Positions 39,800-51,133 of a DNA stretch of 64,000 nt are shown one piece after another. The notes beneath the pieces were generated by a model. That model worked only from the letters and a program-made list of their open reading frames with translations. It was not told the origin of the DNA and did not search any database. How positions within the stretch are numbered: the stretch's first letter is position 1; each line of letters starts with the position of its first letter. The position numbers and the translations under genes are program-made. The DNA comes from an uncultured Chloroflexia bacterium (GTDB taxonomy: Bacteria; Chloroflexota; Limnocylindria; Limnocylindrales; CSP1-4): NCBI GenBank assembly GCA_963795645.1, contig CAWCIK010000008.1:157-64156 (forward strand), in the 5' to 3' direction.

Positions 39800-40969
39800 T
39801 CAGGCGCGCGGCGTATCGATCCCCATCGGACCGCGGTTCCCAGTGCGTGCCGATACAGTCGGCTCGTCATCCCCCAGCTGCGAGTCTTCGGCGGCCCTGG
39901 CGCTCGATTCCTTGAGCGCGTTCGGCAGGTCGTCGACGGTGACCGGGAAATGACAGGCGACGAGATGATCCGGAGCTACCTGGACGAGCGGCGGCACCTC
40001 TTCGGCGCACTTGTCTCGCGCCTGGAAGCAGCGGGTCCTGAAGACGCACCCGCTCGGCGGGTCGATCGGGCTGGGAATGTCGCCGCGCAAGACGATGCGA
40101 GTGCGGCGCTTCTGCTCCTCCGGGTTCGGAACGGGCACTGCCGACAGGAGTGAGTGAGTGTACGGATGGAGAGGCATCTGGTAGATCGTCCTGCGCGGCG
40201 CCGACTCCATGATCTTGCCCAGGTACATGACCGACACGCGGTGCGAGATCTGGCGGACGACCGCGAGGTCGTGGGCCACGAATAGATAGGCGATGTTGTA
40301 ATCCTGCTGCAGGTCGCGCAGAAGGTTAAGGATCTGGGCCTGGATCGACACGTCGAGCGCGCTCACGGGCTCGTCGCACACGACCAGCTTGGGTCGAAGC
40401 GCGATCGCACGCGCTATGCCAATGCGCTGCCTCTGGCCACCCGAGAACTCGTTCGGATAGCGGTTGTAGTGCTCGGGATTCAGCCCCACGCGCTCCATCA
40501 GCTCCTGGACCGACTTCTTGACGCCGCCTTCCGGCGTAATCTTCTGGACGCTGAACGGGGCAGAGATGATCGTGCCCACGGTGTGACGTGGGTTGAGCGC
40601 GTTATACGGGTCCTGGAAGATCATCTGCGCCTTGCGACGGATAGGCACCAGCTGCTTCGTCGAGAGCTTGGTGACGTCATCGCCATCTAGCTCGACCTGC
40701 CCTGCTGTCGGATGAACCAGCATCAGGATCGAGCGTGCCGCAGTCGTCTTGCCGGAGCCCGACTCGCCAACCAGGCCAAGCGTCTCACCGGGATTGATCG
40801 AGAGGTCGATGCCGTCGACGGCCTTGACGTAGCCGATGGTGCGCGGCAGCAGGCCGCGTGACCTGACCGGAAAGTACGTCTTGAGACCTGTGACCTTGAC
40901 GATCTCGCCACCTGACTGCGCCGCCGGCGCTGTCAACGGCTGGACGACGGTGTCGTTGGAGATGGTCAC
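39800..40969 (-). CDS. ABC transporter ATP-binding protein (OppF/DppF-like) of a second, convergent transporter
   Basis: GESGSGKTT, FSGGQRQRIGIARAI, LVVCDEPVSALD, ...HPYTHSLLSAVP...CVFRTRC... Confidence 0.9.
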   Translation of the reverse strand: MTISNDTVVQPLTAPAAQSGGEIVKVTGLKTYFPVRSRGLLPRTIGYVKAVDGIDLSINPGETLGLVGESGSGKTTAARSILMLVHPTAGQVELDGDDVTKLSTKQLVPIRRKAQMIFQDPYNALNPRHTVGTIISAPFSVQKITPEGGVKKSVQELMERVGLNPEHYNRYPNEFSGGQRQRIGIARAIALRPKLVVCDEPVSALDVSIQAQILNLLRDLQQDYNIAYLFVAHDLAVVRQISHRVSVMYLGKIMESAPRRTIYQMPLHPYTHSLLSAVPVPNPEEQKRRTRIVLRGDIPSPIDPPSGCVFRTRCFQARDKCAEEVPPLVQVAPDHLVACHFPVTVDDLPNALKESSARAAEDSQLGDDEPTVSARTGNRGPMGIDTPRA

Positions 40970-41262
40970 TGATTGGCTCCCGACTCAAGCGCGGAGAGGA
41001 CCTCGCTGGCGATGCGCTGCCTGGTCTCAGGCGGTAGGTGACAACGCACGAGATGATCCTCGTCGCCAGAAGGAAGGAGATCGGGGCGGACAGTCTCAGA
41101 GAGGCCGTTGGTCATCGCGGAATATCGGCAGCGCGGCTCAAAGACACAACCGGTGGGCAGGTGGATGGGTGACGGCGGATTGCCCGGGATCGGCAGGAGG
41201 CGACCGCCGACCTCCACGTCCATGCGCGGAATTGACGCCAGGAGGCCAAGCGTATAGGGCAT
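40966..41262 (-). pseudogene. 3' fragment only of an OppD/DppD-like ABC ATPase (about 98 C-terminal codons; the nucleotide-binding domain is missing)
   Basis: ...(M/H)PYTLGLLASIPRMD...LLPIPGNPPSPIHLPTGCVFEPRCRY...VRCHL... ends at 40966, overlapping the next gene. Upstream, where Walker motifs should be, the sequence switches to proA on the other strand. Confidence 0.7.
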
Positions 41263-41292
41263 CTCCGGTTGAAGACGGGTTCTCGCCGGCAC

Positions 41293-42582
41293 ATGACACT
41301 TACCCAGACCATCGCCGATCCTGCTGAAACGCCTGACCTGATGGTGGGCCGGTTGTGCCATGCCGGACGTCTGGCTCAGCGCGTGCTTGCGCATGGACGA
41401 AGCGGGGAAGGCGGGGGCGCTGCGCGCGGCCGCGGCTCGCTGCGCGATGCGGAGGGAGAAATCCTTGCGGCCAATGCCGGGGACGTCGAGGCGGGCACCG
41501 AGCGAGGGCTGACCGGCGCCATGCTCGACCGGCTGCAGGCTCGATTCCGGCGCGCCTTGCCGGCATTGCCGATGCGGTGGAGCAGGTGGCCGCGCTGCCC
41601 GATCCGGTCGGCCAGGTGATCGACGCGGCCGAGCGGCCCAACGGCCTGAAGCTCAGCCGCGTGCGCGTGCCGATCGGGCTCATCGGCATCATCTACGAAA
41701 GCCGCCCCAACGTCACCGCCGATGCCGCCGCGCTGTGCCTGCGCTCGGGCAATGCCGTGCTGCTGCGCGGCGGCAGCGAGGCGGTCCATTCCAACCGGGC
41801 GATCCATGCGGCGCTTGTCCGCGGGCTTGAGAGCGCGGGCGTTCCCGCCGACGCCGTCCAGCTGGTCCCGACGCAGGACCGCGCGGTGGTCGGCGCGATG
41901 CTGACGGCCGCCGGGCCTGATCGACATGATCGTGCCGCGCGGCGGCAAGAGCCTGGTCGCGCGCGTGCAGGCCGATGCGCGGGTGCCGGTGCTCGCCCAC
42001 CTCGACGGCATCTGCCACACCTACATCCATGCCGCCGCCGATCCGGAAATGGCGCGCGCGATCGCGCTCAACGCCAAGATGCGCCGCACCGGCATCTGCG
42101 GGGCGATGGAGACGCTGCTGCTCGACACGCAGCTTTCCCGCATCGCGCGCGCGTGGTGGCCGCGCTGCTCGATGCCGGCTGCGAACTGCGCGGCGATGCG
42201 CGCGCGCCGCGCGCTCGACCCGCGCGTGCTGCCGGCCGAGCGCCGAGGACTGGGACACCGAATATCTCGACGCCGATCCTGTCGGTCGCGGTGGTCGATG
42301 GGCTGGACGCGGCGCTCGGCGCATATCGCCGCGCATTCCTCGCACCATACCGATGCGATCGTCACCGCCGACGATGCCGCGGCCGAGCGCTTCCTGGCCG
42401 AAGTCGACAGCGCCATCGTCATGGTCAACGCCTCCAGCCAGTTCGCCGACGGCGGCGAGTTCGGGCTCGGCGCGGAGATCGGCATCGCCACCGGCCGGCT
42501 CCATGCGCGCGGGCCGGTCGCGCTGGAAGGGCTGACGACCTACAAGTGGCAGGTGCGCGGCACCGGCCAGACGCGGCCCTGA
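41293..42582 (+). CDS. proA: Gamma-glutamyl phosphate reductase; at least 5 frame changes as assembled
   Basis: Pieces: [17 protein letters not shown]..., ...[32 protein letters not shown]..., ...[77 protein letters not shown]..., [15 protein letters not shown]...[10 protein letters not shown]...[12 protein letters not shown]..., ...HTDAIVT...[41 protein letters not shown]... Confidence 0.85.
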
Positions 42583-42585
42583 CAC

Positions 42586-43218
42586 ATGCCGGCGACGGCG
42601 CGGCGGTCCCGCACCGGGCTGCTCGGCGGCAGTTTCAACCCCGCGCATGGCGGCCATCGGCGATCACGCTGTTCGCGATGGAGCGCGCTGGCGCTGGACG
42701 AGGTGTGGTGGCTGGTTTCGCCGGGCAATCCGCTCAAGCCCGGCGCGGGCATGGCGCCGCTTGGCCGCGCGCGTTGCTTCGGCCCGGCGGCAGGCCCGGC
42801 GCGCGCCGATCCGGGTGACCGCGATCGAGCGCGAACTGGGCACGCGCTATACCGTCGATACGCTGCGCGCGTTGCTGCGGCGCTATCCCGAAGCGGCGCT
42901 TCATCTGGCTGATGGGCGCCGACAATCTGGCGCAGTTCCACCAGTGGAAGGACTGGCGCGACATCGCCAGACTTATGCCGATTGCGGTAATCGCGCGTCC
43001 GGGCTATGATGCACGCTGCTTTCGCGAGCCCCGCGATGGCCTGGCTGAGGCGATTCCGGCAGGCCCGCCGCCAGTCTCACGCAACCGGACAAGTGGAGCG
43101 CACCCGCGCTGGTGATATTGCGATTCGATCCCGATGCGCGGTCGGCCACGGCGATCCGCCAGGCCGATCCGGACTGGGCCCGGCAATCGAGCCCGGTCGG
43201 CTTTCGCGCGACGCCGTG
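42586..43218 (+). CDS. nadD: Nicotinate-nucleotide adenylyltransferase; at least 3 frame changes
   Basis: [14 protein letters not shown]..., [70 protein letters not shown], spread over three frames. Confidence 0.8.
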
Positions 43219-43354
43219 ACGCACCGCCTCATCCCCGGCGCAGCGTGAACGGCCCTGCGGCCCTGCCCTGCGCGCCCGGCACCACAGCACACGATTGAAC
43301 GCGGCGCGATGGCCCCATCGTCGTACGATCCCTGAAAGGAGCAGACCCCAACTA

Positions 43355-43746
43355 GATGCCACAGGCACAGTACAGCCGGTCCAGGCCGGCAACCGCCCCC
43401 GGCCATGGTCAGAGCGACGACCCGCTACTGGCCCTGGTCCTGCAGTCGCTCGACGACGATCAGGCCCAGGAAGTCGTGACCATCCCTTGAGGGCAAACCA
43501 GCATTGCCGACCACATGGTCATCGCCTCGGGCCGTTCGACCCGTCAGGTTGCGGCCATGGCGCAGAAACTGGGCGAGCGCCTCAAGCAGGGCGGCTTCGG
43601 CAGCCCGCGATCGAGGCCTGCCCGCGGCCGACTGGGTACTGGTCGATGCCGGCGGCGTGATCGTCCACCTCTTCCGCCCGGAAGTGCGCAGCTTCTACAA
43701 CCTCGAGCGGATGTGGGGCTTTGACGGACCGTCCGGCGCGGCCTGA
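43355..43746 (+). CDS. rsfS: Ribosome silencing factor RsfS; at least 2 frame changes
   Basis: ...LVLQSLDDDQAQEVVTIPL..., ADHMVIASGRSTRQVAAMAQKLGERLKQ, DWVLVDAGGVIVHLFRPEVRSFYNLERMWG. Confidence 0.8.
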
Positions 43747-43829
43747 GCGTCGCTGATAGCCCGGCTACAAGCAGCCGGGCAGGCGAGAGGATCGCGCAGA
43801 CTGCGCCAAGGTGCTCGCGCGCTGAGATC

Positions 43830-44255
43830 ATGCTGCTCCATATCATCGCCCGAGGCAAGATCGCCCGCTCGCCCGAAGCCGAGCTGGTCGATCGCTATGC
43901 CAAGCGCATCACCTGGCCGTTCAGGCACACCGAATTGCCCGACATCGGCGGCAAAGTGCCCGCGCCCTGCAGACGCCTGCCGCGAAGTGCTGCTCGACGA
44001 GCGCGGCAAGCGCTGACATCGGAGGAATTCGCCGCCCTGCTCGGCCGCTGGCGCGACGAAGGCGTGCGCGAAGCCGCTTCCTGATCGGCGCCGCCGACGG
44101 CCATGGCGATGAGGCGCGCGCGGCAGGCGGACCTGCTGCTCGGCTTCGGCGCGATGACCTGGCCGCACCTGCTGGCCCGCGCGATGCTGGCCGAACAACT
44201 GTGGCGCGCGACCGGCATTCTGGCGGGGCATCCCTATCACCGCTCCGGGAGCTGA
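43830..44255 (+). CDS. rlmH: 23S rRNA (pseudouridine1915-N3)-methyltransferase RlmH; at least 2 frame changes
   Basis: [27 protein letters not shown]..., [42 protein letters not shown]-stop. Confidence 0.8.
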
Positions 44256-44261
44256 AGCAAC

Positions 44262-45548
44262 ATGCCGTTTCATGACGGTGCGCGGTCGCTAGAAGCGCGC
44301 CATGCATTCGTCACCCGCGCCTGCCTTGCCCTCGCCATCAGCTGGCTATTGCTGGGCGCGGCGTCGGGCTGGGCGCAAGTCGCCGCCTACGACGACGCCG
44401 GCTCCCGGCGACGGCACCGGCGTCCGCGCGCGGATGGCCGAGGCGCGGAGCAGGCGAACAGCTGCCCGGTCCAGCGTGCCGAAGCGGCTCGAGGCCGAGC
44501 GCCGCCGCGCCACCCAGGCGGTCGAGCGGACCGCGCGCGAGGCCGCCGCGGTCGCCGCGCGCATCCAGCAGGACCGAGGCCGACTATCGCCGCCGCCGAA
44601 CGGGCGCGCCCGGCTGGTGGCGGCAGACAGCGACCAGCTGCGGCGCGACCGACTCGCCGAACGTCAGCGGCCGCTGGTCCGGCTGACCGCGGCGCTGCAG
44701 CGGCTGCCCGGCGGCCGCCGGCGCTGGCGCTGCTGCGTCCCGGCTCGGTGACGCGACACGATGCACATGCGCGCGCATGTCGAGACCATGTTCCCGGAAG
44801 TGCAGCCGGCGCACCGCCGCGCTGCGCGCGGAGATGGCGCGCGGCCGGGCGCTGCAGACGCCGGGCGCTTGCCTCGCGCGCGACCTTGCGGGCACAGCGA
44901 GAGCCAGCTTACCGCCCGGCGCGGACTGCTGGCCGGCGCTCGAGACTGCGGCAGCGCCTGGCCAGCCCGCAGGCGAGCGGCATGCCGACCGCGAGCCGAA
45001 CGGGCGCTGGCGCTGGCCGACAGGCGCGCGACCTTGGCGACCTGGTCGACACGGTCGGGGAGCAAGGCTGCGCTGCGCGAGCGCCTGGCGGCGCTGCCCG
45101 GGCCGGTGCTTCGGCCCGACCTCCCCGGCGGTGACAGGTTATTCGCGGTCGTGCCGCCGTCCAGCGCGCGACCGGCAGCCGGCCCGCCGCTCCCGCATCT
45201 GACTCCGGCCACGGGCGGCTGGTCACCGGCTTCGGCGAGGCAGCGCCGGCAAGGCCGCGTCGCGCGGGCTCGCCTGGCTGTGCGCGCGGCGGGCCCAGGC
45301 GGTTGCGCCGGCGCGGGGCGGGTGGCTTTCGCCGGGTCCTACCGGGGCTATGGCAAATCGTGATCATCGAGCACGAGGGCGGCTGGACACCTGGTCACCG
45401 GCTGGCCCTGGCTCGATGGCGCGTGGGCGACACGCTCGTGGCCGGGATCGCCCCTCGGCATGGCCGGGCCGGTCAACCCGGTGGTCGGGCTCGAACTTCG
45501 GCGCGAGGGCGACCGGTCAATCCGCTGCTCTATATCCGCACCCTTTGA
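44262..45548 (+). CDS. M23-family peptidase / EnvC-like murein hydrolase activator; many frame changes
   Basis: Signal-like ...ACLALAISWLLLGAASGWAQ and an Ala/Arg/Gln-rich coiled-coil region. The C-terminal M23 core is G(R)VAFAGSYRGYGKIVIIEHEGGWT...VGDTLVAG...NPVVGLELRREGRPVNPLLYIRTL-stop, pieced from several frames. Confidence 0.7.
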
Positions 45549-45637
45549 AGGTTGCGGGACAAGTGCCCACGTCAGCCATCTGGTGTTAACCGCCGATGGG
45601 CGATATATGTCACCAAACCGACGAGGGCCCGAAGCCG

Positions 45638-45880
45638 ATGAAATTCGCTCCACTTTTCCGCGCCACTCTGCTGGTCAGTGCCGTGGCCCTGCTCCCGGCC
45701 AGCACCGCGGGGCTTGCCGCCGTCGACGGACGATCGAGCGCGCAGTTCGGAAAGCTCCTGGCGATCTACCAGCTGGTCAAGGAAAATTACGTCGATCAGG
45801 TGGACGATGAAAAGCTGTTCCGCGGCGCGATCAACGGCATGCTGGAAAGCCTGGACCCTCATTCGTCCTATCTTGACGCT
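45638..45880 (+). pseudogene. ctpA: 5' fragment only of a C-terminal processing (S41, CtpA-type) peptidase
   Basis: MKFAPLFRATLLVSAVALLPASTAGLAA...FGKLLAIYQLVKENYVDQVDDEKLFRGAINGMLESLDPHSSYLDA. Similarity then stops, and the PDZ and catalytic domains are absent. Confidence 0.75.
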
Positions 45881-45945
45881 GGTGGGGCGGCACGCGACCT
45901 CGCCGCCAAGGGACTCGGGAGCTGGGGACGCGCCCATCACCAATT

Positions 45946-46309
45946 GTTCGACGAGCCCCGGGACCGTGGCCGCTGGACGAACGGTGGGTGTCGGGTGCGG
46001 TGATCTCCGTCGACACGGCGCGGCTCCGAACCGTCGGCGGCTTCGACGAGGAGTTCTTCCTGTACTACGAGGATGTTGATCTGAGCCGACGCCTCGCCGG
46101 CGTGTTCCCCGGGATGGTGGCACGGGTAGCCGACGTTGAAGCGGGCGTGCACACGGTCGGTGGTTCCGCCGATGGAGGACACTCACGGCGCGGCCGAGCG
46201 GGCACGCCGCCGCGCTGGGCGACGAAGTACGCGAAGGCACAGCACGGGTCCAGCTGGAGCCTCGTGGCCCGGGCGATCAAGCCGCGTGAACCGGGAATCG
46301 GCAACGTGA
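45946..46309 (+). pseudogene. 3' fragment only of a family-2 glycosyltransferase (boundaries approximate)
   Basis: ...WVSGAVISVDTARLRTVGGFDEEFFLYYEDVDLSRRL...HTVGGSA...RWATKYAKAQHGSSWSLVARAIKP. The N-terminal catalytic half is missing. The likely stop is TGA at 46307-46309 after a frame change. Confidence 0.65.
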
Positions 46310-47380
46310 TCCCGGCGACCGTCGCGTCCGTGTCCCTCGGTCGTGACGGAGCGAAAGGCGAGGTCCGCAGGGTTGCCTCGTGGCGCCTCATGTTCGAGGC
46401 CGCCGGCGCCGACGTGCGTCGCACGTCTCGTTGCAGGCGGGACGGCGTCCCCATGGGGACGGTCTGGTCCCGGCGCTCACCGGTCGCGCCGCCTGCCAAC
46501 GCCTCGCCTGGTCGGGAAGTCGCTGCTGGCGCAGCTCGACGAGATCGCTCCGTCGGTGGTGATCGTGGTCTCCGGGCGCGGCCTTTTCGACCCCGCAATC
46601 GTCGACCGACCGTGGACCGTCATCCTTGACCTCGTGGACAGCTTGAGCCGCAGCTACCGCGACCGGGCCGACCTTGTCTCCAGTACCGGCCGTTCGCGCG
46701 CCGCCTACCGCAGCCTGGCCGCCGCGACGGACGGCTCAAACGTCGCCTGACCAGTGACCCGCTGTCCGGACCCCGTCGCCGCCGGGTGGGGTGACGCCCA
46801 CCGACTCGGCGTGGAGTGGGTACCCATCGTCGCGGACCCCGACCTCGAGCCACTCGCCGACCGTGTTCCCGACCGAGACGTCCTGTTCTTCGGCACCCTT
46901 CGCTACCCGCCGAACGTCAACGCACTCGAGCGGTTGGCCTGCCCTCGGCCGGATGTCCAGCGGACGCCGCCCCGGACAACCGCACTGGTCGCGGGCGCTG
47001 CGCCCGTGCCCCGAGTCGTCGAGCTGTGCCGGCGCCACGACTGGGAGTCTCGTAAACTTCGACTCGCTGCCGGAAGTCGCAGCCCGGGCGCGCGTGTCGC
47101 CGTTGCGCCGCTCAGCCGCACCGCGGGCATCCAGATCAAGATCCTCGACGCCGCGATGCTCCACCTTCCCCAGGTTGTGCGCTCGCCGGCCCTCGCCGGC
47201 CTCGACCCTGACTTCCCGCTTCCGTCCTTCGACGACGACCCGAAGTTCGTGGCCGAGATCGTCCGTGTGCTCGATGACCGGAGCCAGGCGACTCGTGAAG
47301 CCGACACGACCCGTCGCCACGTCCTCGGTGCCTACAGCGTCGATCACTGGAGCGACTGGGCCGCCGCACGGACCGACTGA
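46306..47380 (+). CDS. Glycosyltransferase (GT1/GT4-like); several frame changes; start approximate
   Basis: ...VASVSLGRDGAKGEVRRVASW..., ...VVIVVSGRGLFDPA...ILDLVDSLSRSYRDRA..., ...DVLFFGTLRYPPNVNALERLA..., ...APLSRTAGIQIKILDAAMLHLPQVV... pieced from three frames. Confidence 0.5.
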
Positions 47381-48841
47381 TTCAGGCCCGCGCCGGTGAC
47401 ACTCCGGCGGATGGTTGCGATCTCGGATGGTCGAATCGCTCGCAGCACCATGACCAGGACCAGGGACGTCAAAACGGCACCACCCACGGACACCACGATC
47501 CCAAGATCGCTGCTGAGCTCACCAACCCCGGCGGCCAGCAGCGCAGCGACGAGGCGCCGACTGCCGGGCCCGGCGCGTGGATTTGCGTCGTTCGTCGGGT
47601 GCGCACCGCGAACGCGACGAAGGCCAGGACCCGGATGGCGACCATCACCGCCGCCGCGCCATTCGCTTCGAAGACCGGGACGAGCGCAAGGTCCAACGCG
47701 ACGGTCGCGACACCGACGATCGCGCTCACCCAGACCAGGCCTCGCTCGTCGGACCCGGCGGCGAGCACCGTGCCTTGCAAGACCGGTGATGAAGAGCAGC
47801 GGAAGCTGGACGCCAAGAGGGCGAGCGGCACGATCGCGCCGTCGTAGGCGGCGCCGAACAGCGTGTGCACGATCGGCTCCCGAGCCGCCGATGATCACCG
47901 CAGCGATGCCGAGACCGAGGAGCCAGGCGACGCGGCACGCGTCGGAGAACGCCTTCTGGCTTCCCGTCCTGATCGCCGGCCGCCAGGCGCCGGCTCAACA
48001 CCACCATCAGCGGAACGCCGATGACGGCCCCGACGTAGGCCACGCCTTCGATCGATCGCGTCGCGAGGTCATAGATCGCGGTTTCGCTTCGGGTGGTCAG
48101 CAGCGAGACGAGGATGACGTCGAAGCGAAGGATCAAGACGTTGATCACGCCGACGATCGCGAACGGGATTGCCTCGATGAGCAGGCGCCGGCTGCGGGAC
48201 GCATCGACGCGCGGTCGGCTCCGCCACACGTGCCAGCGTCGCGCCAGAGGGATCGTGACCAGCAGCAGATCGGCGGCGCCACTGCGCTCGCCACCATCGG
48301 ACCCCGCACGCCGGTGCCGCAGCAGCGAGCGCGACCGCGCCGCCGATCGCGACGAGGCTGACTCGACCCGCAGAGATCCACGCGCGCTCGACGATCCGGC
48401 CCCGGCCGTCGAGCGCACCGATCACCGAGGTCAGCACTGCGTCGAACGGGAGGCCGAGTCCGGCGATCGCCATGTCGACGAACGTGACGTGCGGGATACC
48501 CGGCGACGACGACGAACCCGAGCGCGACGCGTAGCCCGGCGACCCCAAGCCCGACACTCATGAGCGCGGTGCCCGGAGAGCAGGCTGTCGCTGTCCTCTG
48601 GATGCGTGCTGACGTGCTTCGTGATCGCGACGGTGGTGCCCGCGTCGGCAACGATCGCGACCAGCAGCATCAGCGCCGCGACGATCGAGTACCGACCGAA
48701 CTCGTTCGGCGACAGCTCGTGGGTCGCGACGATGATGAATCCGAAGGCGACTGCGCGTGCCGCGGTCTGACCAACAGCGAGCGCTGCGCTGCCTCGCGCC
48801 ATCAGACGTCCGTCGCTCTCCTCGCGGTGCGGATCAACCAT
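47344..48841 (-). CDS. Polysaccharide/oligosaccharide flippase (MOP/Wzx-like polytopic membrane protein); many frame changes; ends approximate
   Basis: ...GSAALAVGQTAARAVAFGFIIVATHELSPNEFGRYSIVAALMLLVAIVADAGTTVAITKHVS..., ...FAIVGVINVLILRFDVILVSLLTTRSETAIYDLATRSIEGVAYVGAVIGVPLMVVLSRRLA..., ...APFASKTG / ...LVLVMVLRAIRPSEIATIRR... Confidence 0.6.
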
Positions 48842-48893
48842 GCGAGCCGCTCCGCGTCGCGGGCCGAGTCCGGCCGGTAGCCTCGACGCTTCG

Positions 48894-49750
48894 ATGCCCG
48901 AGCCGAGCGAACTCCCGCGCCGGCCATCGTCGCGCGCACGCTGCACCGTCGTGATGCTGGCGCAGAACGAGGAGACTGCGGATCGGCGATGCCGCTGCCG
49001 AGCCTGCGTCGAGCACGGCTTCCCCGTCGTGGTCGTCGACGGTGGCTCGACCGACGCGAACCGTCGCGATAGCCGAGGGCCTGGGCGCGCCAGTCCTGCA
49101 CCGTCCGTTCGACAACATGTCCGCCCAGCTCAACTGGGGCGATCGACCGAGTCGACGAGCGACTACGTCCTCGTGGTCGACGCCGACGAGATCATGTCTC
49201 CCGAGCTCGCCGCCGAGATCGAGACCGCGGTGCGCGCCGGAGTTTCGACGGCGGCGTGGGTGCCCAGCATCGACTACTTCGCCGGCCGTTGGCTGGTCCA
49301 CTACCCACAACGACACCTCCGCCTGTTCCGACGGGGCTCCGGCCGCTTCGAGAACGAGATCCACCAGCGGTTCGCGTTCGACGTCGAGAACCCCACGATC
49401 GTCGAGCTCACCGGGCCCGCTCGACGCACCCCTCGCATCTCGACGTCAGCGGCTTCGTCACCAAGCTCAACCGCTACACGGACGGCGAGCTCGGCGGCGA
49501 CCTGTCCCGCGGCGGTCCGGCGGCGCTGCTGCACGCACGTGCTGCGTGCCGAAGGGCGTCGCCGCGTTCGGTCGCTGGTACTTCGTCCGCGGTGGCTGGC
49601 GCGACGGACGGCAGGATTCATTCACTCCGTCTACCTGGGCGCGTACCGGTTCACGCTCTGGGCCAAGGCCGCGACGGCGCAGGAGATCGAGCCGCCGACG
49701 GCTCGAAGCCGCGACTCGCCGCGTGGCGCCGGAGCCGCAAGTCGCGCTGA
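48894..49750 (+). CDS. Family-2 glycosyltransferase; several frame changes; 3' end uncertain
   Basis: ...[11 protein letters not shown]..., ...[13 protein letters not shown] / [28 protein letters not shown]..., ...[20 protein letters not shown]..., ...[32 protein letters not shown]..., ...[16 protein letters not shown] / [18 protein letters not shown]... Confidence 0.65.
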
Positions 49751-49763
49751 GCCGACGTCGCCG

Positions 49764-51070
49764 TCACCGCCCGCCGCCGCCGACGAACAGCTCGCGCAAG
49801 CGTGCGGGCGCAGATGCGGGCGTCGAGGCCAGGCTCTGGTGGCGCAGGTAGAAGAAGTCGTACTGGAGCTTCTCGAGCGCGTCGCTGCTCGTCGCCGGCG
49901 TAGCCGAACTTCACCTGGGCCCAGCCGGTGAGGCCGGGGCGGACGAGGTGGCGCAGGTCGTAGAACGGGATCTTGTCGGTGAGCTCCTCGACGTAGTGCG
50001 GCTGCTCCGGCCGCGGCCCGACCACCGAGAGATCGCCCCGCAGGATGTTGACCACCTGCGGGAGCTCGTCGAGGTGCAGCGCGCCGCAGGATCCGACCGA
50101 ACGGGGTGATCCGCGGATCGTTCTCGGTCGTCCACTCGTTCGGCGCGCCGTCAGCCGTCGGCGCGCATGGTCCGGAACTTGATGATCGAGAACCGCTGAC
50201 CGTCGCGACCGACCCGCGGCTGGCGGTAGAAGAGCTGGCCGCGGTTCGCGCACAGGTTGCCGAGCAGCACGAACGGCAGGCTGACCGCGAACACGACCGC
50301 GCCGGCGGCGCCGAGCGCGATGTCGAGCAGCCGCTTCACCCGCGCGTACCGCTCCTGGTGCAGCTCCCGGATGTCGAACATCAGCGACACCCGCTCGAGC
50401 TCCGCGACCGGGAGCTTGCCGAGCCACTCCTCGTAGAAGTCGGCGAGGGTCCGGATGCGCAGCCCGGCTTCGTGCAGCGCGGCGACCTGCTCGACGATGT
50501 GCGGTGTCGTCCTGCGCCGCGCGCGCGAAGCACCACGACCGTCGCGTCGTCGGCGATCGCGCGGTCGAAGAGCGGCTCGGCGCCGCGCTCCGACCGCGTC
50601 GCTTCGCGCGACCGCGAGCGCCGCCACGACGATCGCCGGGCGCTCGGCGCCGTCGGCCAGCTCGAGCCGGATCGTCTCCCGGTCGTCGTGCCCGCCGACG
50701 ACGACGACGCGGTCGCGCAGCTCCGCCCGGATCTCGCCGCCGGTCGCGATGATCGTGCACACCACGTACCAGGGCACCAGGATCACCGCGCTGCCGAAGA
50801 CGACGACCCGGGGCAGCAGCGCGCGTCCCGACGACGAGCTGCGCGAGGGAGATCGTCGAGCGCGCCGCTCGCCGCTGGCGGCGACGCGCTCAGCCACAGG
50901 CTGCGCCGCCGGCCGAGGTCCGGGAATCCGAGCGCGTAGGCCGCGACCCAGAGCAGGACGATGTACAGGATCGCCCAGCCGAATCGGAACGAGCCGGTGA
51001 AGTCGTACTCGTGTCGGACCGCGTGGAGCTTGCTCAGCCCGAAGACCGTCCCCACGATGCCCAGAAGCAC
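49764..51070 (-). CDS. Polyprenyl-phosphate sugar phosphotransferase (bacterial sugar transferase, WbaP/EpsB-like); several frame changes
   Basis: N-terminal TM region [11 protein letters not shown]...[18 protein letters not shown], then ...[57 protein letters not shown]... and ...[25 protein letters not shown]...[10 protein letters not shown]...[16 protein letters not shown]... The likely end is ...[11 protein letters not shown]-stop at 49764. Confidence 0.75.
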
Positions 51071-51133
51071 GAACGCGCGCGCGCCAGTCGCCGCATGCGC
51101 GCTGTATCGGCAGAGGACCGGCCTCGCCAGAAG

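Noticed and set aside
41263-45945. Block B as an integrated mobile element or horizontally acquired island
   Set aside because: It has no integrase, transposase, tRNA target or terminal repeats. Its content is core housekeeping genes, and its two flanks are fragments of different genes rather than two halves of one disrupted gene. That pattern favours chimeric assembly.
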